From positions 76,136,001 through 76,200,000 of the forward strand of contig NC_092349.1 of the NCBI RefSeq assembly GCF_963676685.1: 64,000 bases of DNA. Reading direction: 5' to 3'. Shown piece by piece: positions 38,401 to 52,300 of the stretch (positions are counted from its first letter, which is position 1; every line of letters begins with the position of its first letter). The translations under genes were made by a program, and so were the position numbers. The notes below the pieces were generated by a model, which was not told the DNA's origin, searched no databases, and worked only from the letters and a program-made list of their open reading frames with translations. The stretch comes from Mytilus edulis (lineage: Eukaryota).

Positions 38401-39169
38401 ATAGAAGCAGTACTACTCAATTGAGATTGTGTATTTATATCATCAACGGGAACGTCGTCGGTCTCTTCATGGTCACTATGATCACTTGCATTTCGCTGAC
38501 ATTGAGTCACAGGTGTACTTTGTTCACTGCTTGTTGTTGCATTTTCATTCACTTGTGAATCTACTCCAGCTTCAACCGAAGGATCTTGAACGTCTTCACA
38601 TGGTGCAATCGGTGAGTGAACAGTATCTAGTGGATAACATGCTATAGAAGTTGCCTTGAATGGCATATCTGACGAAGACAGCGATTCACACATTTCTCTG
38701 ATATAAGTAACAAGCTGATCTAAGGAACGAAATCTAAGTACAACTGCTTTCCCATCTGGGACCGATTTTCCAGATTCATCTCTGCTATGCGAGTCCATTA
38801 CCAAGTACATCTGGTTAGCTGTCTTTTTTGTACCAATTGTACAACTGGGGGTGCTCCTTTGATACTAAAACACAAGGCGTCCCAGTCGTCTACTGCATGA
38901 GCTGTTGATCCGCCTCTCGACTCTATAACACGAAAGTGTAAACTTCTTCCCGAAAGATTAACGGTACTAGGTATTTCATTTATAAGCATATAACCCCTAT
39001 GTGTGGATATTGAGTGGTAAAGATCTGTACCAAGTTGAAGGATATAATCAACGTCAGATGGAGTAGATGGTTCGTAAGTGACAGATGCCATGAAACACAG
39101 GGAGACACAAACGCATTGTCTTCCACCATCTACTAGCATACCTTGATGTTGTAATCCTTTGCAAACCAA
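38352..39169 (-). pseudogene. Herpes tegument-like deubiquitinase (VTD / peptidase C76-like) domain plus acidic linker, frameshifted, colinear with the hAT transposase
   Basis: G-x2-HQG...GGRQC (Cys codon 39113-39115), DVDYILQLGTDLY, YMLINEIP, YLVMDSHSRDESG...DGKAVVLRF (D-S-H at 38787-38795). Confidence 0.72.
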
Positions 39170-40560
39170 TCTACAATCATGACATCAGCACTTGTTGTAA
39201 ACTCATCTATATAGTAATATTAGGTAAAATCTACACTAAACCTGGCAAGATAAGGCTTTTCTCATTGTTGAAGGCCGTATGGTGACCTATACTATAGTTT
39301 TTAATTTCTGTGTCATTTGGTCTTTTGTGGATAGTTGTCTCATTGGCAATACAACATATCGAAGTTTTAAACGTTTACAGCCCTTACACGGCCGGTAGTT
39401 GCGACCTAAAGAGATACATGATTTCCACAAAAATAATTATCTCTTGTTTTGCACAAAGTCGATGTGTCTAAGCCAACTGTACATGGTTTCAATAATGTGG
39501 AATTAAATCGGTTAACTTTAAAATTACTTTAACTCTCCGATAACCACTAGCCCTGCCAAACTTCAATTTCAAAAAGGACGAAGGAAATGTGAAGAGTTGA
39601 CAGATAGACAGGCGGACTGACAGACGCAAAGTGAGACGAAGCAAATGACGATAGCTCATCTGACCAATATAAGATTTTAAAAACGAAAATTATAACTGGT
39701 ACAGTTTATTTGTTAATTCATAATATGTGTTTTTATTTTTGTTTTATTTTCGGAGGTCGTGCTAGACTTTTTACATACTGTAAAAAAAAAATTGGCCGCT
39801 AACCACTAAAATCAAAATGAGATCCTTAAAAAATTGTGCTTATTTTCTTGGGATCCCATGTAATACTGTAGTACCTACGGGTTTGGTCCTTGACCGTTTA
39901 TGCATGCTTCGGCAAAATTGATATGTTTCAAGTGAGAATCATATATTGTCACAGAGATATTAAATAATGAGTCAAATTAACAAACTAACCTCTCGCTTGA
40001 ACCATAATCTTTATCTCTCCTTAAGAAAGAATCTAACTTAGACTGCTTTCTTGGTCGTGCCATGATGAAATAACCCAAATAGCGGGTACGGCACTTCCCC
40101 CTTCTTCGTGGGAAAGTGATGTAGGGATGTTTTTGAACTTCGATTATCAAAGAAATTGTTTATTAAAACTGCAACTACAATGTCACAATAATAATTGTTT
40201 TATTCTAACTGCTGAAAGCCTATGATATTTGTCATCAAACGCAGTACCGCGTTTGACATCTTCCTTTGAAGTGTAACATGTTTATAGAACTTAAATAAAC
40301 AATAGGTCAGTTGATTAGTAATCACGTTAAATAATTCTGTTAAATTACTGTTTTATATAGTAATACTTGTTTGAATGTTAAAACAGATTGAATGCAACGA
40401 CATTAGGCTAGCTTTCGTCGTCTCTTTGGATACTTTTTACGTGCGGACAACCCATGCTTTGCAAATTTTAGGGGGGCGCACGCCCGCCACGGCCCCGCCT
40501 TAATCCGCCCCTGTGATCTTACAAGACCGAACCATAAGACGGAAGGACGGACGACCGATA

Positions 40561-41026
40561 TTTCTATGTCCCCTCCAAAGATTCGGCGGGGAACAATATT
40601 TACCGATCGTCGTCTTACGTTTTGATGTTTTTGACGAATACAATAAAAATATTTCTAAACTATGTCTAACTTGTTTGTCAAGTATAACACGTATAAGCAA
40701 TATGATGAAATAATAAAAAAAGAAAACCAAGACATATTGATAACTTTAGCCGTAATATAGAATCATTCGAGTACATATGTCGTGCTTATATGAAGTCAAC
40801 TACTTTAAAATGTCTAATGTCAAAATGTAAATATATTTTCCTTTTACGGGACAGGTAAATTGATCTGATATGAACTGCATTAAAGGTGCGATCTGGGATA
40901 GATATTTATAAGTTAAAGTGTCTGTCTACTTCCAGGCACAAATACTTTAAAATTTGTCCTTGAATATTTTTGTGATAAGAGATTTTTTTGTCAAATAAAT
41001 AAGTCGCATTAAAAGGTTATTCACCT
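40561..41026. repeat. Local duplicate: 32719-32890 joined to 34725-35038 (SLC13 promoter copy lacking exon 1)
   Basis: Direct near-identity to both segments; junction AAGACA at 40729-40734 is present at 32885-32890 and 34725-34730. Confidence 0.85.
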
Positions 41027-42339
41027 ACACAAAAGTCGCAGGCTCGACAAAAAACCAGACAAACAACAGTACACAAAACACATCATAAAATAATAAAGAC
41101 TAAGCAACACGAACCCCACCAAAATCTGGGAATGTACTACTATTTGATTTATCTATGTAGTTCTCTGTGTTTTTGCGTGTGTTTGTACTGTATTGCTGTC
41201 ACGTTTCGTTGTCATTTTAGCAGTATTGTTTTAACATTACCATGTAAGCTGGATGTTTGGCTAGCCATAAAACCATATCATTTTTTGACCAAGTTTTTTT
41301 TTAAATGTCCTATACCAAGATAGGAATATGGCAGTTGTTATCGACAGACCGTTTCAATATATGTTGGCGTTTGCTTTGGTTGTAGTTCAGAGTTTTCTTC
41401 TTTTCATGATTCAATTGACAATTATGTTTCTTATACAGACGAACAAAATTATATGACAGTTGTTATCCATTCGTTTGATGTGCTTGTGCTTTTAATTTTG
41501 CCTTTAATAGGTGACTTTCCTTTTTATATTTTCCTCGGAGTTCTGTATTTGTATAAGCCTGGTATCTTTGGTGAGTTTTTTTTATATAGATACGCATTTC
41601 AACAGACGCACTAGGAGACGACAGCTGATTTAAAATTGGTAAAAATTAGCATTCTACTTGAAAAATGAGTGACATTCAATCGACGGAGAGTTACAAATCT
41701 TATATAACTACTTACTTCACTATGTGGTAGGTTTGGCGCCATCGGGTTGGTTTACTTTTTCTATATAACATATCAGAAACATACCCAGTGTCCTTAAACT
41801 GTTTCATATTATAATATAGCATTTATAGTAGTATTCCAATAATTTAAATACGAACAAGTCCGGTATAATCCATTTGTATGTGTTTCTATAAAAAAAATTA
41901 ATCTCGTCTTCTTCTTTTACCCAAACTGTCAAATAATAATTATTTGCCATAGCTTCATAAAACGACTTAATCATTTTCGCAATGAAAGCTATTTATCAAC
42001 TGTTCAGATACACCATGACGGGTGGAAATTGTAGAGCAGGATTTTTATCTATAATAACCCTTTGTTTATATAGAATTGACTTTGCGTTGATCAGTTTTCA
42101 GTTTTCATTTAAGCGTTCAATGTGGTTTCTTATGTTCAATTTTCTTTATTTTTTCTTCTTTCATCTTTGCTACATACGTAGCAAGAATGGGCGAGTAGTT
42201 TTATTTTAACACCTCGGTATTCTGTTTCTTCCCCAAGGTACTTTTTGCTCTCAACGTGATTTAAAATGATCAAAACGGGGAAACATTAATCTGTCAATTA
42301 ATTTTCATAAAGTTTTATATGGCGTATTGAATTTTAAAC

Positions 42340-42886
42340 CTGATGCTTTTTGTTATCTATTAATCATGTTTTTCTTTGTCTAATATGTTCTCCTATTTAT
42401 TTGTATTGTAGTCCTGTAATATTATGTTGTCATTTCAATGTTATATTTAACTTTGCCATTAAAGTTCGAGGTTTGGCATGCCACAAAACCAGGTTCAACC
42501 CACCACTTTTATTCCCCTTTAAAAGTGTCCTGTACCAAGTCAGGAAGATGGCCATTGTTATATTATTGTTCGTTTTTGTGTGTGTTGCATTTTAACGTTG
42601 AGTCGTTTGTGTTTTCTCTTATTTTTGAGATATTGAGATCATACGTGGCACGGTACTTGTCTATCCCAAATTCATGTATTTGGTTTTCATGTTATATTTG
42701 TTATTCTCGTGGTGTTTTGTCTGATGCTTGGTCCGTTTCTGTGTGTGTTACGTTTCGGTGTTATGTCGTTGTTCTCCTCTTATATTTAATGCGTTTCCCT
42801 CGGTTTTAGTTTGTTACCTCGATTTTGTTTTTTGTCCCTGAATTTATGAGTTTTGAACAGCGGTATACTACTGTTGCCTTTATTTA
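42340..42886 (+). repeat. Abundant interspersed repeat ending CAGCGGTATACTACTGTTGCCTTTATT
   Basis: Same 3' motif at ~18863, 34435, 27720 and reversed at ~21955; body shared with 18655-18890 and ~41130-41400. Confidence 0.65.
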
Positions 42887-43345
42887 CAATGTATTTACTT
42901 CTATATGGTATAGTTAGGTGTATTAAACACATCCAGAAAATTACAGATCTTTACATAGTCAGTCAATCTGCAATTGCAGAAAACAAGACAGATGTTTCAT
43001 GTGCAAGACTCCTTTACGTACCAAAAATTTAAAGTACGAATAAATTTGGTTTACATCATTTATAGTTTTTGTTGGTATTTTGAGTAAAATAACTCAACAA
43101 AAACAATCTCTAGTACATTCAAAGGACGGAAATAATTTGTACATCACATTATTTAATAATAAATATATTTAACTATAAAATATGTACATGTAACATTTGC
43201 AAATATAAATATTTCATTATCAAAATGTTATACGAGACATTGCCAGAAAACACTGACTTTTACACTATATCGTTAGCATTTCGTTATCCTTCCGTCACAT
43301 TTTCGTCTTTTCGTGATTTCTCTCACATTCTTATTAAACATGCCA

Positions 43346-46300
43346 CTAATGGCTGTCTACTACAGTTATTTTCTCTTCGTTTTGTTTCTGTACATCTTGT
43401 CTTCTTAAATGGCTTTCCAGTAATTTACCAAACACAGCATTATAAGGATGAGCGAATGGAGTCCCTTTATTATAAACATCGACCATTGTTCTGCCTTCAT
43501 TTGCCCATTTAAATATACTTCCCTCTAAGTTATACATCTCCCAAGGAGGTTTGGTACCTATTGTAATAAACAGATAGATTAAATTATTAATCCATTCATT
43601 GCTTCACTGGGGAGATGTAGGCTGTATCTACGATACTATCGCTTTTTTTTTAAATACATCAACATCATTGAAGAATCCCTCAAATAGCAAATAATATATT
43701 TTGGTAAGGTTGTTGCTGACAACTAAATACCAGAACGTTTAATAAGGGGAGGGGGGCGCTCCCGTCATGCTGCAGTGATTGCCTATATAATCAACCAAAT
43801 TGTCCTAACCAAAGGGGGTCGCGCCCCCAAGTGTACACCCCCTCCCGGATCGGCCTATGAAAACAGATGGTAATTTTTTAACAAAAATTGCAATTTTGGC
43901 AATGTTTATTCTATTTACATTGTATTTTTAATAAAAAAAAAAATGAAGCTTTACAACCAACTCATATATCCCAGATAATTCAAAATATCATAAAATCATT
44001 CTTTAATATGGTCTCATCTGAAGCTACTTGATTGAAGAGATTTGTAACACTTCCTTAATTCGAATGTAAAGCACAATATACTGACATGAACACATTAGCT
44101 TCTTCAGATTGAAAATAAAAATAAAATTCACCGTACATCAGTCTTACTTTGTTGATGTTTTGTTGTTGTTGTAGAAATGACACTTTGAATGTAATTGATC
44201 ACCATGGAGATACTAGTACATGTACACATACCTAATGTCTTGAAATGATCCTGTAATTTTTCTACAATCAAACTTGATCTGTATCCAGCTGCACAATAGC
44301 ATACGATACGGACACTTTTATCAGTCTGTACATCTAAAATTATCAGTGATATCATTAAAATTCAGTGATTGTGTGATTAACATTAGAAAAAAAAATGTAG
44401 ATGCGACATTTGAAATTTTTAATCAAAGAAACATGAACATAAATGCCACATTTGAAGTTTGATTAACTTTCTGATGCTGGGTTGAAGGATTTTCATTCTT
44501 GTTCGGCCTACCAGAAAAGCAGCAATAAGTATACAGTTTTACTAGATGTAAGGTTAATTAGTTCTTTTGTGTGTTATCATTGCACGATTTGTCACTTCAA
44601 ATAGTCAGAATTTAAGCTTTTGAACACATGCCACTGAACTGGAACCACAAAAATATAGTCTATTACCTTGTATTTTTTCTAGAATACTTTCTGCCTCGTT
44701 TTCATAATCAACTCGAACTGCTCCCGGTATACGACTGACGACAAACTCTTCCTCTTGTCTACAGTCCTAAAAATAAACATGCATAGTGATCAGATGAGAT
44801 AAACCCTTTCCAACTTATATGATTTTATATTTTCAGAGTCTTTAGTTTAATTATTTCACTCTTGCAAAGTATTTTTACTAAAGGATATTTATCCTTTATG
44901 ACTTGATTTAGAATATAATTTACGTATTGAGTAATGTTACTCATACATATTCATGGGGGTTGAAATTGAACTCTTGTTTTGATTGGTTCTTAGTTATTGG
45001 CGGTTAAGTTGAGTTTTCCTTGGTGCACCTTGGGTAGAATTTACCTGGACACTGGTCAGTGAAAGACGTCCATTATTGACTTAGATTATATTATATCAGA
45101 AACCCATATTTACAGATTGTATATTTACTATATTCAGCTTTATAGTTTTCCAGACATGACTAGTAAGTTGCACTTTCTTCTTTATTAACATTTTGACACG
45201 AATTAATAGATTTGGTTAACTATCCTATTTTCGAATAAATACTCTTCAGATTGCATGTTTATAACACCGGAATGAAAGATTTGAATGAGCGTATTTTGAT
45301 AAAAAAGCTTGGTCATATTTTTATAAGAGTAATGTAATATTTGCCTCTGATGATAGCGTAATTGTGTAATGTTTAGAGATATCGTAATAACAGTATTTTA
45401 CGAATACTGCATGTAGAAAAATGGCGGCATGTATGATCAGTTACAGTATATCATGAAAAGAATATTTGAGTTACATATTGTGTAATGCTATTTTTATATG
45501 GACGAATTGAATACAATTGTCATGTGATTAGTGTTTTATATAATTAGTCCATGAGATACCATACCATCCTGTCTGTTGTTTGCTACAACCCACAGAAAGA
45601 GCTGCCATACCAACCGATTTAGACATTGCTCCATCATTAGTCTCCTACAGCTACAAAGATAATCGACTAGTACCAGTACACATCAGCAACGTTACTACTA
45701 GAACTATCACTGTTTCACCAAACGCCATCTTGTATGAAGTACAGCCAGTTTCAGTTGCTGACATTAAAACACCTGATGCCAACAACCATGATGTACTGTA
45801 TGATGTTAGTCTACCAACAGATCTACTAGACGATGAACAACTAGAACAGGGAAAGCAACTACTTCGTCAGTTTAGAGATGTCTTCAGTACTTCAGACACA
45901 GATACTGGTCACACTGATAGAGTTCACCACCGAATAGACTTGAAGGATGAAAGGCCATTTAAACAGCGACATCGACGCATCCCACCTGCAATGTTTGAAG
46001 AAGTTCGCACCCACCTTCAGCAACTTCTGGCAGCTGGTATCATCCGTCCATCACATTCCCCATGGTCATCAAATGTAGTCCTGTGTAGAAAGAAAGATGG
46101 GAAGCTAAGAATGTACATAGACTATAGGCAATTAAACAACCAGACTTTTTCGGGACTCATACGCACTTCCGAGAAGCGAAGAGATCTTGGACGCACTTGG
46201 TGGAAACAGCTTTTATACTGTACTTGATATGAAGTCTGGATATCATCAGGTGGAGCTTGAAGAATCACACAAACAGAGACCAGCCTTCACAGTAGGACCG

Positions 46301-49300
46301 CTTGGATTCTATGAGCCTTCCATTTGGACTTGTCAACAGCCCAGCAACATACCGGAGATTGATGGAAGATATCCTAGGCGACCTTCATCTCAACATCTGC
46401 TTCATATACCTAGACGACCTCATCATATTTTCTAATAGCTATGAGGAACACCAAGAACCTCTCGAGAGAGTCCTACAGAGATTACGAGAAAGTGGATTGA
46501 AGTTATCACCCAAGAAATGCGCCTTCTTCCAAGAGAAAGTTAAGTATATTGGCCATATTGTCTCCAAAAATGGTATTGAGCCTGATCCAGCCAAGTTAGA
46601 GAAAGTAAAGAATTGGCCAAAACTAACATCACCAGAAGAGGTTAGACAGTTTCTCGGCTTTGTTGGCTATTATAGAAAGTTTGTGAAAGATTTCAGCAAG
46701 ATCGCCAGGCCATTAGCAGATTTAATGCCAACGCCACACAAGTTTAAGAGATGCAAGACCAACTACAAGCAAACATCAAACTGGATATGGGGTGAACAAC
46801 AAGACAAAGCCTTTAACAACTTGAAGTCACAGCTACAGAAGCCACCAGTACTTGGTTTTCTACGCTATAACCAACCTTTTGAGCTGCATACAGACGCTTC
46901 CATGCTAGGACTTGGTGCTGTACTCTACCAAGAACAAGACAACAAGAAAAGAGTCATAGCTTATGCCAGTCGTGGACTTAGTAAAGCAGAACGGAACTAC
47001 CATGTACACAAGCTTGAGTTCCTTGCATTGAAATGGGCTGTCACTGAGAAGTTTAAAGACCACCTCTACATGAACAAGTTCACTGTGCTAACAGACAACA
47101 ACCCGTTGACATACGTCCTTACAACGGCCAAGTTAGATGCTACTGGACATAGATGGATTTCAGTTTTATCGGCATATGACTTCAACATCATCTACAGACC
47201 GGGTAAAGCCAACGCTGATGCTGATGGTTTGTCAAGGTTACCAGGACTGCTCAGCAAGACCAACACTTCCAGCATTTGTACTGAATCCGTGAAGGCCATC
47301 TCTAACTTGCAGCACGTTCAGCCATACCTGCAATGTTTGTTAATGTCAACGACAACAGCTGATGATCCATTCTTTCTACCAAAGTCTATGGTCAACATCA
47401 AAACAGCACAGAAGAACGATCAGATTATGAAAGAATGGTTATACTGGTTCCAAGAGCATAGAAAGCCAGCCAAACATCAGATAGAAAGAACGCCATGGAA
47501 CATCTGGTTTATCATCAACTTTGACAAGCTAATTATTGAAGATGGTAAACTGTACAGAGAAATCAGCATTGACCAAGAGCCAGTAAAACAGCAAGTTTTA
47601 CCAGAAGCCTGTATTACTACAGTCCTTACAGCACTTCACGATGATATGGGACACCAGGGCCGTGACAAGACACTTTCACTGTTCAGAGATCGATTTGTAT
47701 GGTATGGTATGACCAGAGATGTTGGAAATTGGATAAGCCATTGCAACAGATGTATACGACGTAAAACACCAGCCAAGGAGAAAGCACCACTCATCAACAT
47801 CGGGTCTTCTCAACCGTTGGAACTTGTATACATGGACTACCTGTCATTAGAGAAATCCAAAGGCGGCTATGAAAATGTACTAGTTATCACCGACCATTTC
47901 ACCCGATATGCCTTAGCTGTTCCAACTAGAAACCAGACTGCAAAAACAACAGCAGACGCCTTCTTCAACCATTTTGTTGTTCACTATGGTTTGCCGAAGA
48001 GAATCCACTCTGACCAAGGCGCTAACTTTGAGTCCAACATCATCAAAGAGTTATGTCACATCACTGCAATGGAGAAGACGAGAACCACGCCATATCATCC
48101 TATGGGGAATGGCATGACAGAACGCTTCGACCGAACACTGCTCAGTATGCTTGGAACTCTTGAAGCAACACAAAAAAAGGATTGGAAGTCGCACATCGCT
48201 GGACTCGTCCATGCATACAATTGTACTCGACAGACAACAACTGGCTGTTCACCATACTACTTGATGTTTGGTAGACCACCAAGATTACCAGTGGACTTTT
48301 TCTTTGGTTTAGATATAAACTGCAAGAAAGAACCAGCAACGAAGTATGTTGATGCCATGAACAGCGACTAAATGCTTACGAGTTAGCATCAAGATCAGCA
48401 AGAACAGCACAAGAAAGACAGAAGTCGGGTTATGACAAGAAAGTTAGAGGAGCCATTCTGCAACCCGGCGACAAAGTACTTGTCAGAAGAGTAGCCTTCG
48501 ACGGGAAACACAAGATTGCGGACAAGTGGGAAGAAGACCCGTACCTTGTTGTTTCACAGCCAAACAACGATATCACAGCGTACGTGGTTCAGAGAGAAAA
48601 TGGAGGTGGAAAGAAGAGAACACTACTCAGAAACCTTCTACTCCCAATTGGATTTCTGCCGAGTGATATAGAAAAGAGAAAAGATCCTGCACCTGTAGCC
48701 AGGTGTAAAGTGAGACAGCCTACCAGGAAACAACCAACGAAGCCCGAAAGCATCGAGCAGATTGATGAGACGGAATCAGATGAGGAGTCGGAGCAGGATT
48801 ATATGTAATTGTGTCTGAGATGAACCCAAAGAGCAACAGTGACAATGATGCTACAAGTGTGGAAGTGGACCAGACAACAGGGACTCTCAATGCTACTGGT
48901 GACGGCCATGCTAGTGTTGAGGGAGGATAGGGCTCTGGTTTTGGAGGGGACGCTCTTCCTGCAGTTGAGATGGATACTGGAGAACCAACCCCTGTAGTTG
49001 ACGATGGTAATGGTACAGCGACGGGCCATGAGGATGAAGATGACACTTCAGATATGGTAGATGGCAGTGCGCTGACTGACACGTCACTTGAACCGGCAGA
49101 TGTACCCACAGAAGCTCAGACAGAACAACCAATACCAACACCACCACCACAGAGACAACGATAACGTCGTATATTGCCAACACAACCACGACATTCACCA
49201 CCAGTTACTCGAGCACAGAGAGAACGCAGACCATCAGCTTACCTCAATGACTATGTCACCACGTCCAAACAGGCCACAACACAGCCGGACTGGTTGAGGA

Positions 49301-52300
49301 GAGTTAACTGGTTACTACATCAAGCAGAGGATGCTAGATTTAAAGGAAAAGAGATAGAGCTTTCCAGAACCATTATGAAGATAATGGAGAGTGAACTTTA
49401 GTGTTCCATCATGTCGAGGACCCCGTGTTTTCTGGAGAGGGGAATACAGTTTTGATGACTTGGAAGTCATTTTTTCAACAGAGGGGAGGATGTAGCAGAG
49501 TGATTTTTCATGCTTCATAAATAATGTAATTTGCACTTTTGAAATCATTGATTTACATTTTGTATATTAAATCTTGCTGACTTGATTTAGTATATAATTT
49601 ACGTATTGAGTAATGTTACTCGTACATATTCAGGGGGGGTTGAAATTACTCTTGTTTTGATTGGTTCTTAGTTATTGGCGGTTAAGTTGAGTTTTCCTTG
49701 GTGCACCTTGGGTAGAATTTACCTGGACACTGGTCAGTGAAAGACGTCCATTATTGACTCAGATTATATTATATCAGAAACCCATATTTACAGATTGTAT
49801 ATTTACTATATTCAGCTTTATAGTTTTCCAGACATGACTAGTAAGTTGCACTTTCTTCTTTATTAACATTTTGACACGAATTAATAGATTTGGTTAACTA
49901 TCCTGTTTTTGAGTAAATACTCTTCAGATTGCATGTTTATAACACCGGAATGAAAGATTTGAATGAGCGTATTTTAGTAAAGTAGCTTGGTCATATTTTT
50001 ATATGAGTAGTGTAATATTTGCCACTGATAATAGCGTAATTATGTAATGTTTAGAGATATCGTAATAACAGTATTTTACGAATACTGCATGTAGAAAAAT
50101 GGCGGCATGTATGTTAAGTTACAGGATATTATGAAAAGAATATTTGAGTTACATATTGTGTAATGCTATTTTTATATGGACGAATTGAATACAATTGTCA
50201 TGTGATTAGTATTTTATATAATTACGAAGAGTCCGTTCTTATTATTGTATTTTGGTTTTCAGGACTCTGATGTAGATTATTTACTTTGTGCCAAATTCCT
50301 TATTTACTGGAGAACTCGCGCCACAAGTGGTAAGCGCATAATTTGTAGTTTTTGTACTATTTTATACTATAGAAATGGTAGTTAGTCCTGGATTATTTCC
50401 TTTGGCGATTTGCGCGTTTTTAGCAAATCTGAGTTACAAGTATAGAATTTATATGTCGGTATTCAGACATAGTAAATACTTTTTGAATGTTGTAATATTT
50501 ATTAAGTTTAATTGTAAACGTTCATGTACTTGCGAAAAGTAATTTTAAGATACATTTAATTAGGAGATAACTGTATTGTATTTTAAGCTCCGACGGCATC
50601 AAATCCCCAATTGATGCCGTCGGAGCTTAAAATACAATATTGTTATCTCCATTCTAATGAAACTGACAGAAAACAACGTTAAAACATGTATTTAAAATCT
50701 GTCATATGCTGTCTGCGCTTGCGCGTACGTTCCATAGCATCAATTGTCAATTGATGCCATGTAAATAAGTGACGTTATCCAATCAAAATGAACGTTACAA
50801 ACGTTGTTGCATTAGAATCATATTTGGTTGTAAACGCAATGAAATTGATTACTGTTATATTTAAATGTCGGTCACAGAAACCGGTTTATAAAAAGTACAT
50901 ATGACATGTGATGTATATTTCACTACACAATTGAATGAATGAACATTCCATAGTAAATGTGTATCTACTGTTTGTAGTAACACTGTTATATTAGAAATTG
51001 TCTTAACTGTATTAAAATTTTCTGTGATATAATATGTGTATAATATATTCTATGTTACATGTACATGAACTATCATTAATGATTATAATTTTGTTATTTC
51101 AGAGTTTTTTATCCTCTGGTAATAAAGTATCCGAACCTTAGAAAGTCTTTTGGTTATTTCATTTATACCGGAAGAGACCCCTTTCACATTAATACAATAT
51201 TTTCTCGGGTGAAAGAAGAATTGACCGTTCACATGATTGTTGTTGTGCCTTTTCGAAGTAAGGGGCGTGTAATTCAGTTCTTCTAGTTCCTTTTGACATA
51301 TTTGTTTTTCGTATATTTTTTTAAATATACAAATGTAGTTCAGGAAGCCATGGTTTTCTGTTGTTTTGAATTGAATTACATATCGTAATGCTGGTTCCCT
51401 TCATAGCTTACCTAACGTTATGTGTTTTGTTCATTGTTGAAAGCCATGATACCAGAAACTGTGGTTATTAACATCTTGTTCTTTGGTCGTTGGTTGGTAG
51501 TTGTTTTGCAATCATAACATATGTCATAATTTTACTTATATAAGAACTAACGCAAACTTTCAAGTTCTAGATTTAACTTTTAACCTTTGATGATGCTACT
51601 TAATTAAACATCTTGTATGTATTAAGTCAATGTCGCAAATTAGTTATGCATATACAAAATCTATTAAAAAACTATTCTGATCATCATTTCGTCGTTTTTT
51701 AATGTAACTAAATGACGCTCAGTGTAAGAACACCACTCTAATGACATTTCGTGTAGTATATGTAAGCAGAGACATACAATGTCTCTGATGAAATGTACTG
51801 ACACGAAATCCTTGTTGACATAATCACTTGGAATGTATGCTGGTCAACTGATAAATATAGTGCGAATAATTCTGTTTAAAGAGCAACCATTTAACTTTAA
51901 AAGGGAGGGGTGTTATGGTGTTTTGTCTAAGTCAGATTTTTTTGTAAGGTATAGGTGAAAATCTTGTTCTGAATTATATTTGTCATCTGCTTGACCACAA
52001 TACTATTTTCATCAATTTTGGGATCAGAATATTTTTCTTATGAACTGCCTCCACCCTCCACCCCAAACCCCTTGAAGCTCTTTCCCTTATGTTACAGGCT
52101 GGATGTAGTCCATAATCATTCCGATTCCAACATGTAAAAATTAACAGTATGACAGTTGCATACATTTTCGAATAAAGGGTAGTTAGTGTTTAAAAACATT
52201 CTTTTATACAGAACACTGGTTTCAAATTTATTGTTCGAACGTCTATTTTTTATGTATTGTAGTCACGCATAATTACGTTTTACTAAAAGCAAACCAATTA

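Larger units (their letters stand above)
35490..40513 (-). mobile_element. Decayed hAT DNA transposon (boundaries tentative)
   Basis: Contains the transposase pseudogene; AATCCGCCCCTG ending 40513 resembles a CAGGGGCGGAT terminus; matching left TIR and TSD not found. Confidence 0.4.
44899..51188 (+). mobile_element. Ty3/Gypsy LTR retrotransposon, internally deleted, in rhodanese intron 1
   Basis: Partial 5' LTR 44899-45546 matches 49578-50224; PPT AGAGGGGAGGA 49480-49490; 3' LTR starts TG at 49491 and probably ends CA at 51188; gag and protease missing. Confidence 0.88.
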
